Origin: Terriglobia bacterium
GTDB lineage: Bacteria; Acidobacteriota; Terriglobia; JAJPHL01; JAPKYU01
DNA length: 64,000 nucleotides
Assembly: GCA_965223005.1 (NCBI GenBank)
Contig: CBDCVK010000010.1
Coordinates: forward strand, 704,001 to 768,000
Reading direction: 5' to 3'
The notes under the pieces are model-generated. The model was not told where the DNA came from, did no database searches, and saw only the letters and a list, made by a program, of their open reading frames with translations. A program made the position numbers and the translations under genes. This document shows, one piece after another, positions 20,990-34,800 of the stretch (position 1 is the first letter of the stretch; every line of letters starts with the position of its first letter).

Positions 20990-21776
20990 ACAGACCGGCG
21001 CGGCTCTCCTGCATACCGCTGGAGAAGGCTCGTGCGGCCAAGGGGTGGCTGCAGAGCCGGTCGAGACCATTTCCGAGGAGACAACGGAGGGCGCTGCTCC
21101 GGCAGCTCCGCCCGGGGCCACCCGGTTTGGTCGCTCGGCGGTGTTAGCCCATATCCGCTGGCTGGCCAGCATCGTGGTCCTTGTGTTCCTGATTCGCACC
21201 TTCGTCGGTGAGGCAACGATCATCCCCACCGCCTCCATGGAAAACACGATCCTGGTGGGGGACCATGTATTCTTGACCAAGCTCCTCTACGGGCCACGCA
21301 TCCCGTTCACCGACTGGAGGCTGCCGGCTGTGCGCCACGTGAAGGGTCAGGACATTGTGGCCTTCCGCTATCCCCGCGACCCCTCCTTGATCTACGTGAA
21401 GCGCGTCATCGGGGTGCCGGGCGACCGGGTGGAAGTGCTCGGCCACCAGGTCTTGATCAACGGGCAAAGGTTGAAGGAGCCCTACGTCGTGCACACCCAC
21501 CCAAGACGGCGCGAGAACTACGGGCCGACCACGGTCCCGGCCGGGCACCTGTTTGTCATGGGCGACAATCGTGACAATTCCAACGATAGCCGCTTCTGGG
21601 GTTCGGTGCCGTTGGAGAACGTGGTCGGCAAACCGCTGCTGGTGTACTGGTCCTACGAAGCACCCACGGATGACTGGCTTCAGGAAGGCGTCCTGAATCG
21701 GGCTCGCTTCTACGCCACCGTGGCCATGAACTTCTTTTCCAAAACCCGCTGGGCACGCACAGGGCTGCTGCTTTGA
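20970..21776 (+). CDS. lepB: Signal peptidase I (start uncertain)
   Basis: IPTASMENTILVGD (catalytic Ser), YVKRVIGVPGD (Lys), FVMGDNRDNSNDSRFWG. Confidence 0.93.
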   Translation: MQDEAREQTGAALLHTAGEGSCGQGVAAEPVETISEETTEGAAPAAPPGATRFGRSAVLAHIRWLASIVVLVFLIRTFVGEATIIPTASMENTILVGDHVFLTKLLYGPRIPFTDWRLPAVRHVKGQDIVAFRYPRDPSLIYVKRVIGVPGDRVEVLGHQVLINGQRLKEPYVVHTHPRRRENYGPTTVPAGHLFVMGDNRDNSNDSRFWGSVPLENVVGKPLLVYWSYEAPTDDWLQEGVLNRARFYATVAMNFFSKTRWARTGLLL

Positions 21777-22804
21777 AGCCCGTCAGCTACGCCGACGCCG
21801 GTGTAGACCGTGCGACGGCCCGCAGCACCCGCTCCCAAATCCGTTTGCTGGCCCGCAAGACTTTTACCCGAGATGTTCTGACGGAAATTGGAGGCTTTGG
21901 GGGGCTGTTCCGCATGCCCAAGCACCGGTGGCGAGACCCGGTCCTGGTGTCCAGTTGTGACGGCGTTGGCACGAAACTTAAGTTGGCGTTCCTGACGGGC
22001 AACCATCGGACCGTGGGCACTGACCTGGTCAATCACTGCGTCAACGACATCGCCGTCGGGGGTGCAGAGCCGCTGTTCTTCCTCGACTATCTGGCCACCG
22101 GGCGCCTGGAGCAGACCGTCGCCGAGCAGATCATCTCCGGCGTGGCCGAAGCGTGCCGCGCCAACGGCTGTGCCCTGGTAGGTGGGGAGACCGCCGAGAT
22201 GCCCGGGTTTTACGCCGACGGGGAGTACGACCTGGCCGGCTTCATCGTGGGTGCGGTCGAACGTCGCAAGATTCTGGACCCCAGCCGCGTGCGCGCGGGT
22301 CATCTGCTGCTCGGCATTCCATCGACCGGGCTGCACACCAACGGCTACTCGCTGGCCCGCAAGCTGCTGTTCGAGCAAGCGGGGTTACGGGTGGACTCGC
22401 GTGTTTCGGAGCTGAAGGGAACCGTGGGTGAGGAGCTGCTGCGGGTGCACCGCAGCTACCTCCAGGTGCTGCGGAGTCTCCAGCAGGAAGGCGCGCTGGC
22501 CGCTGCCGCCCACATCACCGGCGGCGGCCTCACCGAAAATGTCCCGCGCGTCTTGCCCCACAAGCTGCGCGCGCGAATTCGACTGGATTCCTGGCCCGTT
22601 CCGCCAGTTTTCCGCTATCTTCAGAAGTTGGGAGCGATTGCCGCCGCCGAAATGCTCCGCACTTTCAATATGGGCGTCGGCCTGGTCCTGATCGTTCCCC
22701 CGACGCGCCATCGTCGGGCGGCCGCGCTGCTGGACCGGCTGAAGGAACAACATTACCTGATCGGCCGGGTCGTCCCTGGCAAGGGCCGGGTAGAGTACGT
22801 GTAA
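21773..22804 (+). CDS. purM: Phosphoribosylformylglycinamidine cyclo-ligase
   Basis: YADAGVD, DGVGTKL, GAEPLFFLDY, GGETAEMPG, GLHTNGYSL, HITGGG, RTFNMG. Confidence 0.98.
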   Translation: MKPVSYADAGVDRATARSTRSQIRLLARKTFTRDVLTEIGGFGGLFRMPKHRWRDPVLVSSCDGVGTKLKLAFLTGNHRTVGTDLVNHCVNDIAVGGAEPLFFLDYLATGRLEQTVAEQIISGVAEACRANGCALVGGETAEMPGFYADGEYDLAGFIVGAVERRKILDPSRVRAGHLLLGIPSTGLHTNGYSLARKLLFEQAGLRVDSRVSELKGTVGEELLRVHRSYLQVLRSLQQEGALAAAAHITGGGLTENVPRVLPHKLRARIRLDSWPVPPVFRYLQKLGAIAAAEMLRTFNMGVGLVLIVPPTRHRRAAALLDRLKEQHYLIGRVVPGKGRVEYV

Positions 22805-22854
22805 GGCCAAGGCCTCCGGTCGGAGCGATAAGCAACTGCAGGAGGGTTGTCGGG

Positions 22855-23457
22855 ATGAAGAAGCGAATCGCGGTCCTGCTCAGCGGCCGCGGCTCGAATT
22901 TTGAAGCGATCGCCGACAATGTCGCCGCCGGCCGCATCAACGCCGAGATCGCTGTCGTGCTCAGTAACCGCCCCGACGCTTTGGGCCTGGAGCGGGCCCG
23001 GCAGCGCGGCCTGCCCACCGTCGTTCTCCCTTCCAAGGGTCTGGAGCGGGAGGCCTACGACCGCCAGGTGGTGGCGGCGCTCCGAGAAAAACAGGTGGAC
23101 CTGGTGTGCCTGGCTGGGTTCATGCGCGTGCTCAGCCCCCATCTTGTCCGGGAATTTCGCGACCGAATCTTGAACATTCATCCCGGGCTGTTGCCTGCCT
23201 TCTCAGGCCTGGAAGCGCAGCGCCAGGCCTTAGAATACGGTGTTAAGGTGAGCGGCTGCACGGTGCACTTTGTGGACGAGTTCGTGGACCACGGACCGAT
23301 CATCCTGCAGGCCTGCGTCCCAGTGCTCAATGATGATACGCCGGAAACGCTGTCTGCACGCATCCTGAGTGAAGAGCACCGGATCTACTCAGAGGCCATT
23401 AACCTGGTACTGAATGACCGCATCCGTGTTGAGGGCCGCCGTGTCGTGGCCAAGTAA
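22855..23457 (+). CDS. purN: Phosphoribosylglycinamide formyltransferase
   Basis: LLSGRGSNFEAI, LAGFMRVL, LNIHPGLLP, GCTVHFVD...DHGPII. Confidence 0.98.
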   Translation: MKKRIAVLLSGRGSNFEAIADNVAAGRINAEIAVVLSNRPDALGLERARQRGLPTVVLPSKGLEREAYDRQVVAALREKQVDLVCLAGFMRVLSPHLVREFRDRILNIHPGLLPAFSGLEAQRQALEYGVKVSGCTVHFVDEFVDHGPIILQACVPVLNDDTPETLSARILSEEHRIYSEAINLVLNDRIRVEGRRVVAK

Positions 23458-23461
23458 AGCC

Positions 23462-25179
<1,718 letters not shown>

Positions 25180-25188
25180 AATAATTCC

Positions 25189-25262
25189 TCCGCAGATTAG
25201 GCAGATTTCGTCATCCACTGTTTAGATTGTTCCATTCTGCGAAAATCTGTGTAATCCGCGGA
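25189..25262. repeat. Imperfect palindromic (REP-like) element
   Basis: tccgcagattaggcagatttcg (25189-25210) ... cgaaaatctgtgtaatccgcgga (25240-25262), with an internal 9-nt GCAGATT periodicity. Confidence 0.65.
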
Positions 25263-25278
25263 TTCGTTTTTCTGTGAA

Positions 25279-26166
25279 ATGAAAACCCTGGTGTTGGTGA
25301 ATACCGCGGCCGGACGCGGTCACTATCGAAAAAGCCTGGAGCGGGTGCGTCGACTGTGCCGTGAGTTGGGCGCCGAAGTGGCCGAGACCAGATCGCCCGA
25401 GGAAGCTTTCGAGCGAGCCCGCGCCGCTGCCGATGCGGGCTACGGGCGCGTAGTCGCCGTGGGTGGCGACGGCACCGCCCATCACGTGCTGAACGGCCTG
25501 GCCGGGGCGGGCACAGTCCCCTCAGAAAACAGCGCGGCCCTGGGCATTGTTCCGCTGGGCAGCGCAAACGACCTGGCGCGAAACCTTGGCCTGCCGCGGG
25601 ATACGGAGGCAGCGACGCGCCTGGCCCTCACCGGCCCGCTGCGTCGGGTAGACCTGGCGCGGGTGGCGGGCCGCTGGTTCGGCTGCATCGCCAGCTTCGG
25701 GCTGGACTCCCACGCCAACCGCATCGCTAACCGCCACCGCCGCCTGAGGGGCACCGCCATCTACGTCTACGCCCTGCTGCGCACCTTGGTGGAGTGGCGC
25801 GTCCCGGTGGTCCGCATTCAAAGCGACAGCGGCGAACTTCGAGGACCCATGATGCTGTTTGCCGTCGGTAATGCCTCCAGCTACGGCGGAGGCATGCGGA
25901 TTGCCCCCCGCGCCGACATGGCCGATGGGCGGCTCGACCTGTGTTTGGTCCGCGACATGTCCCGGCTGAAGCTGCTTTTTCGCTTCCCTGGGGTGTTTTC
26001 CGGCACCCACCTGCGCTACCCCGAAGTGACCTACTTGCAAGCCTCGCGCGTTCGGGTGGAAGCCGATCGCCCGCTGGACATTTTTGCTGATGGGGAATTT
26101 GTCGGCCACACCCCGGCCGAAGTGGAACTATTCCCCGGCGCGCTCAAAGTGGTGGCGCCTTCGTAG
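25279..26166 (+). CDS. Diacylglycerol kinase family (YegS/BmrU) lipid kinase
   Basis: VNTAAG, VGGDGT, PLGSANDLARNLG, YGGGM.IAP.A...DG.LD, ADGE. Confidence 0.93.
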   Translation: MKTLVLVNTAAGRGHYRKSLERVRRLCRELGAEVAETRSPEEAFERARAAADAGYGRVVAVGGDGTAHHVLNGLAGAGTVPSENSAALGIVPLGSANDLARNLGLPRDTEAATRLALTGPLRRVDLARVAGRWFGCIASFGLDSHANRIANRHRRLRGTAIYVYALLRTLVEWRVPVVRIQSDSGELRGPMMLFAVGNASSYGGGMRIAPRADMADGRLDLCLVRDMSRLKLLFRFPGVFSGTHLRYPEVTYLQASRVRVEADRPLDIFADGEFVGHTPAEVELFPGALKVVAPS

Positions 26167-26227
26167 AGTCGCGCTCCAGGCCGAAACCGCTGATGCAAGA
26201 GTGTCGTTTGCGATATAGTTCTCGACC

Positions 26228-27442
26228 ATGGGCGCGAGGCAAAAGCGGCGTTTGCCGTCGATCGAAGAGCTGGAAAAGAAGCACCTGATTCAGACCTATG
26301 CCCGCTACCCGCTGGTGATTGAGCGCGGGCGCGGCTGCTGGGTGTACGACACCGAAGGGCGCAAATACCTGGATTTTCTCAGCGGCCTGGGGGTGAACGC
26401 GCTGGGTCACGCGCACCCCCGCATCGTGAAGGTGATGCGGGAGCAGGCGGGCCGGGCCATCCACGTATCCAACCTGTACTACCACGCCTACCAAGCGCCC
26501 CTGGCGGCGCGCCTGGCCAAGCTCTCCGGCCTGGACCGCGTCTTTCTGTGCAACAGCGGGACCGAGGCGGTCGAGGGTGCGCTCAAATTGGCCCGGGCCC
26601 ACTGCGCCAAGACGCAGAACAAGTTTCACCTGGTGGCGCTGGATAACTCTTTCCACGGACGCACGTTGGGCGCCCTGGCCGCTACCGGGCAAAAGAAGTA
26701 CCGCCTGCCGTTCCGCCCCTTGCTGCCCGGTGTGGAGTTCGTCAGGTTCAATGACGTGGCCGACCTGCGGGCCCGAGTCAACGAGCATACGGCGGCGATT
26801 CTGCTGGAACCCATCCAGGGGGAGGGCGGCATCTTCGAGTTGGACCTGGAATTCCTGCGCGCGGCCGCGCAACTGGCGCGCCAGTATGACGCCCTGCTCA
26901 TCCTGGACGAGATTCAGTGCGGGTTGGGGCGGACGGGCGACTACTTCGCTTTTCGCCGCCTTGGGGTGAAACCGGACATCGTGGTGGCGGCCAAGCCACT
27001 GGCCGCGGGCTTACCGCTGGGCGCCATCATCGCCCGCGAGCCGGTGGCGGCAGCGCTCGGCACCGGCATGCATGGAAGCACCTTTGGAGGCGGGCCGCTG
27101 GCCTGCCGCGTGGCCCTGGAATTCCTGGATATCCTGGAGCAGGAGAAGTTGCTTAAGAACGTCCGGCGCGTGGGCGCCTACTTCCAGCGTCGCCTGCGCC
27201 AACTCCAGCGCCGGTTTCCCTTTATCAAAGCTGTGCGCGGCCGCGGGCTGATGCTAGCCGCTGACCTGGATTTCGACGCCCGCCCCATTGTCCACGAAGC
27301 GATGCAGGCCGGACTGCTCGTGAACAGCACACACGACACCGTGCTCCGCTTCCTTCCGCCCTACATCATCGGCGAAGAGCATGTGGACCGGGCCCTGGGG
27401 GTCCTAGAGCGCATTCTCAGCAAAGGACGCTTCCCCAAGTGA
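26228..27442 (+). CDS. argD: Acetylornithine aminotransferase (class III PLP)
   Basis: YLDFLSGLGVNALGH, CNSGTEAVEGALK, FHGRT, EPIQGEGG, DEIQCGLGRTG, AKPL, HGSTFGG. Confidence 0.88.
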   Translation: MGARQKRRLPSIEELEKKHLIQTYARYPLVIERGRGCWVYDTEGRKYLDFLSGLGVNALGHAHPRIVKVMREQAGRAIHVSNLYYHAYQAPLAARLAKLSGLDRVFLCNSGTEAVEGALKLARAHCAKTQNKFHLVALDNSFHGRTLGALAATGQKKYRLPFRPLLPGVEFVRFNDVADLRARVNEHTAAILLEPIQGEGGIFELDLEFLRAAAQLARQYDALLILDEIQCGLGRTGDYFAFRRLGVKPDIVVAAKPLAAGLPLGAIIAREPVAAALGTGMHGSTFGGGPLACRVALEFLDILEQEKLLKNVRRVGAYFQRRLRQLQRRFPFIKAVRGRGLMLAADLDFDARPIVHEAMQAGLLVNSTHDTVLRFLPPYIIGEEHVDRALGVLERILSKGRFPK

Positions 27443-27529
27443 AACGGCCCGTCTAGTAATGGGAAGTAGCGCCCTGCCTGGCCGCTTGTCGGGCTCGGGG
27501 CGGCCGAAGCCAGAGCCCAGAACGAGCAG

Positions 27530-30500
27530 TTATATGCGCGGACGCTCCTCGTCCGCTTCGTCAATGAAAAACTCCGCCGGAGTGGGCCGCGCTTCCTCAG
27601 CCACGACCTCTTCCACCGGCAGCAGTTCAGCTTCGGCGTCGGTGGAGAGCCGGACCCGGCGGTAATAGTCCAAACCGGTGCCGGCCGGAATCAGCCTGCC
27701 CATGATCACGTTTTCCTTCAGGCCGCGCAGGTAGTCCACCTTCCCGGAGATGGCCGCCTCGGTCAGCACGCGGGTGGTCTCCTGGAAGGAGGCCGCCGAG
27801 ATAAAGGAATCTGTGGAGAGCGAGGCTTTGGTGATGCCCATCAGCAAGGGCCGCCCGACCGCCGGCTTGCTTCCACGGGCGAGAACCAGTTCATTTTCCT
27901 CGGCAAACCGGAAGCGGTCCACCACTTCTTCCAGCAGGAACTCAGTGTCGCCTACCTCCTCCAACTTCACCCAACGCATCATCTGCCGGACGATGACCTC
28001 AATGTGCTTGTCGTTGACGGTGACCCCCTGAAGGCGGTACACCTCCTGGATTTCTTTGACCAGATAGTCCTGGGTTTTTCTCTCGCCCAACACCGCTAGG
28101 ATGTCATGGGGGTTCAACGGCCCGTCCATCAAGGGCTCGCCGGCCCGGACACGCTCCCCCTCCTGAACCCGGACGTGCACACCTCGCGGGAGGGAATACT
28201 CATGCTCGATGCCGTCGTCGGCGGCCACCAAGATCTTGCGCAGGCCTTTGGAAATGTCGCCATGCTTCACCACGCCGTCCACTTCACTGATCACGGCCGG
28301 GTCTTTCGGGTTCCGAGCCTCGAACAGTTCCACGACCCGCGGCAGACCCCCGGTAATGTCCTTGGTCTTTGTGGTTTCGCGCGGGATCTTGGCCAGCACA
28401 TCGCCGGGATGCACCTCGTCGCGGTCGCTCACCATCAGGTGGGCCCGGGTGGGCATCAGGTACTGCTTGATGGACTTGTGTTTGTCGCTGCGGATGATCA
28501 CGGTGGGCTGCAACTTCTCGTCCGCCGCATCGGTCACCACCGAGCGCGACAGCCCGGTGATCTCATCCACTTCCTCGTGCAGAGTGACGCCTTCCAACAG
28601 GTCCTTAAACTGGATCGTGCCCCCCACCTCGGTGAGGATGGAGAAGGTATAGGGATCCCACTCCACCAGGGTCTGGCCGAGAGTGACCGGCTGGCCGTCC
28701 TCAACCAGCAACTTGGCGCCGTAGACCACCAAGTAGTGTTCCTTCTCCCGCCCCTTCTCGTCCACGATGGTGATAGCGCCGCTGCGGTTCATCGCCACCA
28801 GCCGTTTTTCCTTGGAGCGCACGGTGGTCAGGTTCGTGAAGCGCACGAAGCCGTTGTTCTTGGCCTCCAGGGTGGACTGCTCGCTGATCCGGGTAGCCGT
28901 GCCCCCGATGTGGAAGGTGCGCATGGTGAGCTGGGTGCCGGGCTCGCCGATGGACTGGGCGGCAATAATGCCCACCGCTTCGCCCAATTCTGCCAGCCGA
29001 CCGCTGGCCAGGTTCCGTCCGTAGCACATGATACAAACACCGCGCCGGGCCTCGCATGTCAGCACCGAACGAATCTTGACCCGCTCGATGCCGGCCGCCT
29101 GGATCGCGTTGGCTAGCTCCTCGTCGATCTGTTGGTTGACATCGGCGATGACGTTGCCCTCGTAGTCCTTGACCTTCTCCAGCGAGATGCGCCCTACGAT
29201 GCGGTCCCGCAACGGCTCGATGATCTCGCCCGACTCCACGATGGGCTCGGCATAAATCCCGTCGGCGGTGCCGCAGTCCTCCATGCTGATGGTGGCGTCC
29301 TGGGCCACATCCACCAGGCGGCGCGTCAGGTAGCCGGAGTCAGCCGTCTTTAGCGCCGTGTCGGCCAGTCCCTTGCGGGCCCCGTGCGTGGAGATGAAGT
29401 ATTGCAGCACGGTGAGACCCTCGCGGAAGTTGGCGGTGATGGGCGTTTCAATGATTTCCCCCGAGGGTTTGGCCATCAGACCGCGCATGCCCGAAAGCTG
29501 CCGGATCTGCTGCTTGGATCCGCGGGCCCCGGAGTCAGCCATGATGTAGATGGGGTTGAAGTGCTCCCCTTTCTGGTCCTCCGCCTCCATGGCGTTGAAC
29601 ATCTCGTCGGCCACCCGCTCGGTGATGTTCGACCAGATGGCGATCACTTTGTTGTAGCGCTCGCCGTTGGTGATGGCTCCGTCCATGTACTGCTGCTGCA
29701 CGGCGATCACTTCCTTCTCGGCTTGCCTCACCAGCGCCTGCTTGTTGATCGGGATGACCATGTCGTCGATGCCGATCGAGATGCCGGCTTTCGTGGCGTA
29801 AAGAAAGCCCAGGGTCTTGATCTCGTCCAGTATCTTCACCGTGGCTTCCAGGCCAAACTGCAGGTAGCAGTACTGGACCAGTTGGCCGACGCCCTTCTTC
29901 TTGAGTAGGCCGTTGATGAAGGGCATCGTTTTGGACAGGTGGTCGTTCAGGATGACTCGTCCAACCGTGGTTTCCAGATATTGGTTCTGGAAGTTGACGG
30001 GCTCGGTGTGCAGGATATCCTGGTTGTCGTAGGCGCGGGTCAGGTCGATCACCTTGCCAGAATAACGGAGGCGGATCGGCGTCAGAGTCTCCACCTCGCC
30101 CATTTCCAGGGCTAGCAGCACTTCCTCCGCGTTGGCGAACGTGCGACCTTCTCCCTTCGTGGTATGGCGTGCCTTGGTCAGATAGTAGAGGCCGAGCACC
30201 ATATCCTGGGTAGGCACGGCCAGGGGCTGCCCATTGGCCGGCGACAGGATGTTGTTGGAGCTCAGCATCAGCACGCTGGCCTCGATCTGCGCCTCCGGCG
30301 ACAGCGGGATGTGCACCGCCATCTGGTCTCCGTCGAAGTCGGCGTTGAACGCGGTGCAGACCAGCGGGTGAATCTGAATGGCTTTGCCTTCCACCAGGAC
30401 CGGCTCAAACGCCTGGATGCCCAGGCGGTGCAAGGTGGGGGCCCGGTTGAGCAGCACCGGATGGTCGCGGATGACCTCCTCCAGGATGTCCCAGACCAGG

Positions 30501-31714
30501 GGTTCCTTCTGTTCGACCAGTTCCTTGGCCTGCTTGATGGTGGTGCAGTAGCCCCTCTGTTCCAGGCGGTGATAGATAAAGGGCTTGAACAGTTCCAGGG
30601 CCATCTGTTTGGGGAGGCCGCACTGGTGCAATTTCAGCTCCGGGCCAACGACGATGACCGAGCGCCCGGAATAATCCACGCGTTTCCCTAACAGGTTCTG
30701 GCGGAAGCGGCCTTGTTTTCCCTTCAGGGTGTCGGAGAGAGATTTCAGCGGTCGGTTATTCGCGCCGCGCAGGATGCGGCCGCGGCGCCCGTTGTCAAAC
30801 AACGCATCTACCGCTTCCTGCAACATTCTCTTTTCATTCCTCACGATCACGTCCGGGGCGTGCAGCTCCATGAGCTTCTTCAGCCGGTTATTGCGGTTGA
30901 TGACCCGGCGATAGAGATCGTTCAGGTCGGAAGTGGCAAAGCGGCCACCGTCGAGTGGCACTAGCGGACGCAGTTCCGGGGGAATCACCGGGAGCACATT
31001 CAGGATCATCCACTCCGGCCGGTTGCCCGACTTGCGGAAGGCGTCCACCACCTTCAGCCGCTTGGCATACTTGATCCGCTTCTGTGTGCTGGGCTCGTTC
31101 TTCATCTTGTCGCGCAACTCTTCGGCCATCGCTTCCACGTCCACCCGCTTCAGCAGCTCCTTGATGGCCTCGCCGCCCATCATGGCCACGAACTTGCCCG
31201 GGTATTCCTGCTGCGGTTGCCGGAACTCCTCTTCGCTCAGGATCTGACGCTCTTTCACCGGAGCCTCACCCGGATCCACCACGACGTAGGCCTCAAAGTA
31301 GAGCACCCGCTCCAGATCCCGCAGGGTGATGTCCAGCAGGTAGCCGATGCGGCTGGGCAGGCCCTTGAAGAACCAGACGTGAGAGCAGGGGGAGGCCAGC
31401 TCGATGTGCCCCAACCGCTCTCGCCGCACACGCGACAGGGTGACTTCCACTCCGCACTTGTCGCAGACGACTCCCCGGTGTTTCATCCGCTTGTACTTGC
31501 CACAGAGGCACTCCCAGTCCTGTGTCGGGCCAAAGATGCGGGCGCAGAACAGGCCGTCGCGTTCCGGCTTAAAGGTGCGATAGTTGATCGTCTCCGGCTT
31601 GGTCACCTCCCCGTGTGACCAGCTGCGGATCTTCTCCGGCGAAGCCAGGCTGATCCGGATGGAGTCGAAGTCGGCAATCAGATTCGCTCGGTCGTAGGGA
31701 CTGCTTCGATACAA
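27530..31714 (-). CDS. rpoC: RNA polymerase beta' subunit
   Basis: [12 protein letters not shown] catalytic motif, both zinc-binding motifs; TTG start at 31714 with GGAGG RBS. Confidence 0.99.
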   Translation of the reverse strand: MYRSSPYDRANLIADFDSIRISLASPEKIRSWSHGEVTKPETINYRTFKPERDGLFCARIFGPTQDWECLCGKYKRMKHRGVVCDKCGVEVTLSRVRRERLGHIELASPCSHVWFFKGLPSRIGYLLDITLRDLERVLYFEAYVVVDPGEAPVKERQILSEEEFRQPQQEYPGKFVAMMGGEAIKELLKRVDVEAMAEELRDKMKNEPSTQKRIKYAKRLKVVDAFRKSGNRPEWMILNVLPVIPPELRPLVPLDGGRFATSDLNDLYRRVINRNNRLKKLMELHAPDVIVRNEKRMLQEAVDALFDNGRRGRILRGANNRPLKSLSDTLKGKQGRFRQNLLGKRVDYSGRSVIVVGPELKLHQCGLPKQMALELFKPFIYHRLEQRGYCTTIKQAKELVEQKEPLVWDILEEVIRDHPVLLNRAPTLHRLGIQAFEPVLVEGKAIQIHPLVCTAFNADFDGDQMAVHIPLSPEAQIEASVLMLSSNNILSPANGQPLAVPTQDMVLGLYYLTKARHTTKGEGRTFANAEEVLLALEMGEVETLTPIRLRYSGKVIDLTRAYDNQDILHTEPVNFQNQYLETTVGRVILNDHLSKTMPFINGLLKKKGVGQLVQYCYLQFGLEATVKILDEIKTLGFLYATKAGISIGIDDMVIPINKQALVRQAEKEVIAVQQQYMDGAITNGERYNKVIAIWSNITERVADEMFNAMEAEDQKGEHFNPIYIMADSGARGSKQQIRQLSGMRGLMAKPSGEIIETPITANFREGLTVLQYFISTHGARKGLADTALKTADSGYLTRRLVDVAQDATISMEDCGTADGIYAEPIVESGEIIEPLRDRIVGRISLEKVKDYEGNVIADVNQQIDEELANAIQAAGIERVKIRSVLTCEARRGVCIMCYGRNLASGRLAELGEAVGIIAAQSIGEPGTQLTMRTFHIGGTATRISEQSTLEAKNNGFVRFTNLTTVRSKEKRLVAMNRSGAITIVDEKGREKEHYLVVYGAKLLVEDGQPVTLGQTLVEWDPYTFSILTEVGGTIQFKDLLEGVTLHEEVDEITGLSRSVVTDAADEKLQPTVIIRSDKHKSIKQYLMPTRAHLMVSDRDEVHPGDVLAKIPRETTKTKDITGGLPRVVELFEARNPKDPAVISEVDGVVKHGDISKGLRKILVAADDGIEHEYSLPRGVHVRVQEGERVRAGEPLMDGPLNPHDILAVLGERKTQDYLVKEIQEVYRLQGVTVNDKHIEVIVRQMMRWVKLEEVGDTEFLLEEVVDRFRFAEENELVLARGSKPAVGRPLLMGITKASLSTDSFISAASFQETTRVLTEAAISGKVDYLRGLKENVIMGRLIPAGTGLDYYRRVRLSTDAEAELLPVEEVVAEEARPTPAEFFIDEADEERPRI

Positions 31715-31847
31715 GGCATCCTCCACTGGGCATTCGCCCCAAGGCTAAGAAACCAGAATTTACCCATCCAGACGCCAACTGCTCGCGCAGCGGGTCTGTT
31801 GGTGTCCTTTGCGTGCATCCAGATTCCTCTTGTCAACCGCCACAGCG

Positions 31848-34800
31848 CTAATCGGCTGCAGCCGCCGCTGTGTCCAATAGCTCTTTCTTGCGCTTCATCA
31901 GTTCCACGTCCAGGCACAGCGACTGAAGTTCGCGAATCAAAACGTTGAAGGATTCCGGCACTCCCGGCTCCATTGCCGCTTCGCCCTTGACGATGGCTTC
32001 GTAGATCTTGGCGCGGCCATAGACGTCGTCGGACTTGGCGGTGAGCAGCTCCTGCAGGATGTGGGCGGCGCCATAGGCCTCCAGAGCCCACACCTCCATT
32101 TCGCCGAAGCGCTGCCCGCCAAACTGGGCCTTGCCCCCCAGTGGCTGCTGGGTGATCAGCGAGTAGGGACCGATCGAGCGGGCGTGGATCTTGTCGTCCA
32201 CCAGGTGCGAGAGCTTGAACATGTAGATGTAGCCCACCGTCACCGGCTGCTCGAACGGCTCACCGTTCATCCCGTCGTACAGCACGGTCTTGCCGGACAG
32301 GGGTAGGTTTGCCTGTTTCAGCATCTTCTTGATCTCGGTCTCGGTGGCGCCGTCGAAGACAGGGGAAGCGAAATGCAACCCCAGCACCTGGCCCGCCCAG
32401 CCCAGGTGCGTCTCCAGGATCTGGCCCACGTTCATGCGCGAAGGCACCCCGAGCGGGTTCAGCACAATCTCCACCGGTTTGCCGTCGGGCAGGTGGGGCA
32501 TGTCCTCTTCGGGCACGATCCGGGCGATGACGCCCTTGTTGCCGTGCCGGCCGGCCATTTTGTCGCCCACCGAGAGCTTCCGCTTCATGGCGATGTAGAC
32601 CTTCACCAGCTTGATCACGCCCGGCGGCAGCTCATCGCCCTTCTTCAGCTTTTCCTCCTTCTCCTTGGTGATCTTCTGCAGCACGTCAATCTGCCGCGAC
32701 GTCATCTCTTCAATCTCGTCGACCTCTTCGTTGAGCCGCGGGTCGCGGTCGGCAAACTTCATGCGCTTGAGGTCTCGCGACTTGATGTGGGCAATCAAAT
32801 CTGGCGTCAGCACCGTGCCCTTGCTCAGCAGGCGCTTATTGGTGCGCTCATCATGCAGGTCGGCCAGCAGCCTCTTCGCACCCAGCAGGGCCATCAAGCG
32901 GTTCCGCCGCTCGTCGGTAAGGATCTTGATCTGGTCAGCCAAGTTCTTTTCCAGGAGCGTGACCTCGGCGGCTTCAATGGCCTTGGCGCGCTCGTCTTTC
33001 TCCTGGCCCTTGCGGGAGAAAATTTTCACATCCACGACAATGCCCTCAATGCCCGGGGGACAGTAGAGCGAGGCGTCGCGCACGTCGCCAGCCTTCTCGC
33101 CGAAGATGGCGCGCAGCAGTTTCTCCTCGGGGGTCAGCTGGGTTTCCCCCTTGGGGGTTACCTTGCCCACGAAGATGTCGCCTGGCCTGATGGTGGCGCC
33201 GGTGCGAATGATCCCGCTCTCGTCCAGGTCGCGCAGAAAGGTCTCCGCGATGTTGGGGATGTCGCGGGTGATATCTTCGGGGCCCAGCTTGGTATCCCGC
33301 GCCTCGATCTCGTACTCCTCGATGTGGATCGAGGTGAAGCTGTCTTCCTTGACCAGCCTCTCGCTGACCACGATCGCGTCTTCGAAGTTGTAGCCGCGCC
33401 AGGGCATGAAGGCCACCAGGATGTTGCGGCCCAGGGCCAGCTCGCCGCGGTGCGTGCAGGGGCCGTCGGCCAGCACCTGTCCCCTGCCGACGCGCTCGCC
33501 CCGGCGCACCACGGGCTTCTGGTTGATGCAGGTGTTCTGGTTGGAGCGCCTGAACTTGGTGAGTCGGTAGACGTCGGCGTGGATGGCGGCCGACATGGTG
33601 CCCGGTTCCCCTTCCCCTTCGGCGCGCACGATGATCCGTTCGCTGTCCACCGTCTCCACGGTCCCGTCGCGCCGGCACAGCACCACTGCGCCGGAATCGC
33701 GGGCGGTGACGTATTCCATCCCCGTACCCACCAGCGGCGCATCGGCCCGCAGCAGTGGCACGGCCTGGCGCTGCATGTTGGAACCCATCAGGGCACGGTT
33801 GGCGTCGTCGTTCTCCAGGAAGGGGACCAGCGAGGCCGCCACCGAAACCAGTTGCTTCGGGCTGATGTCAATGAAGTCGATTTCGTCGCGGCTCTTCAGC
33901 ACGAAATTGCCCGCTTGGCGCGCGTTCACCAGTTCGGGCACGATGCGTCCGTTCTCGTCCAACTCCACGTTGGCCTGGGCGATCACATACTTGTCCTCCT
34001 CCCAGGCGGAGAGGTAGAAGCAGTACGGCTCATACTCGGCCACCCGCTTGTGCCGCGCCTTCGTCTCGCGGTTGCTCTCTTCAAGCCTGCGCTTCTCGAC
34101 GTGCTCAGCCACCTTCAAGCCGGTATCGCCCCCGTTGATGATGGTGACGTAATCCACTGCTCGCCCCTTCTCCACCTTGCGGTAGGGGCTCTCAATAAAA
34201 CCAAACTCGTTGATCTGCGCATAGCAGGACAGCGAGGAGATCAATCCAATGTTGGGGCCTTCCGGGGTTTCGATGGGGCAAATGCGGCCGTAGTGGGTGG
34301 GATGCACGTCCCGCACCTCGAAGCCCGCGCGCTCGCGACTCAAGCCCCCCGGGCCCAGCGCTGACAGGCGCCTCTTGTGGGTGATTTCCGACAGCGGGTT
34401 CGTCTGGTCCATGAACTGAGAGAGCTGGCTGGAGCCAAAGAACTCCCGGATGGCGGCCATCACCGGCTTGGCGTTGACCAGGTCGTGAGGCATCGCGGTG
34501 GAGATCTCCTGGTAGACGGACATCTTTTCCTTGATGGCCCGCTCCATGCGCACCAGCCCGATGCGGAACTGGTTTTCCAGCAGTTCACCCACCGCCCGCA
34601 CGCGTCGGTTGCCCAGATGGTCAATGTCATCCACACTACCGATATTGCGGCGCAGCTTGAGCTGGTAGCGGATGGTGGCGAAGAAGTCCTCCTGCTCCAG
34701 GGTGCGGTTGTCCAGGGAGCTATCTGCACCCAACTTGATGTTCAACTTCAACCGCCCGACCCGCGAAAAGTCATACTTGCGCGGGTCAAAGAACATCCCT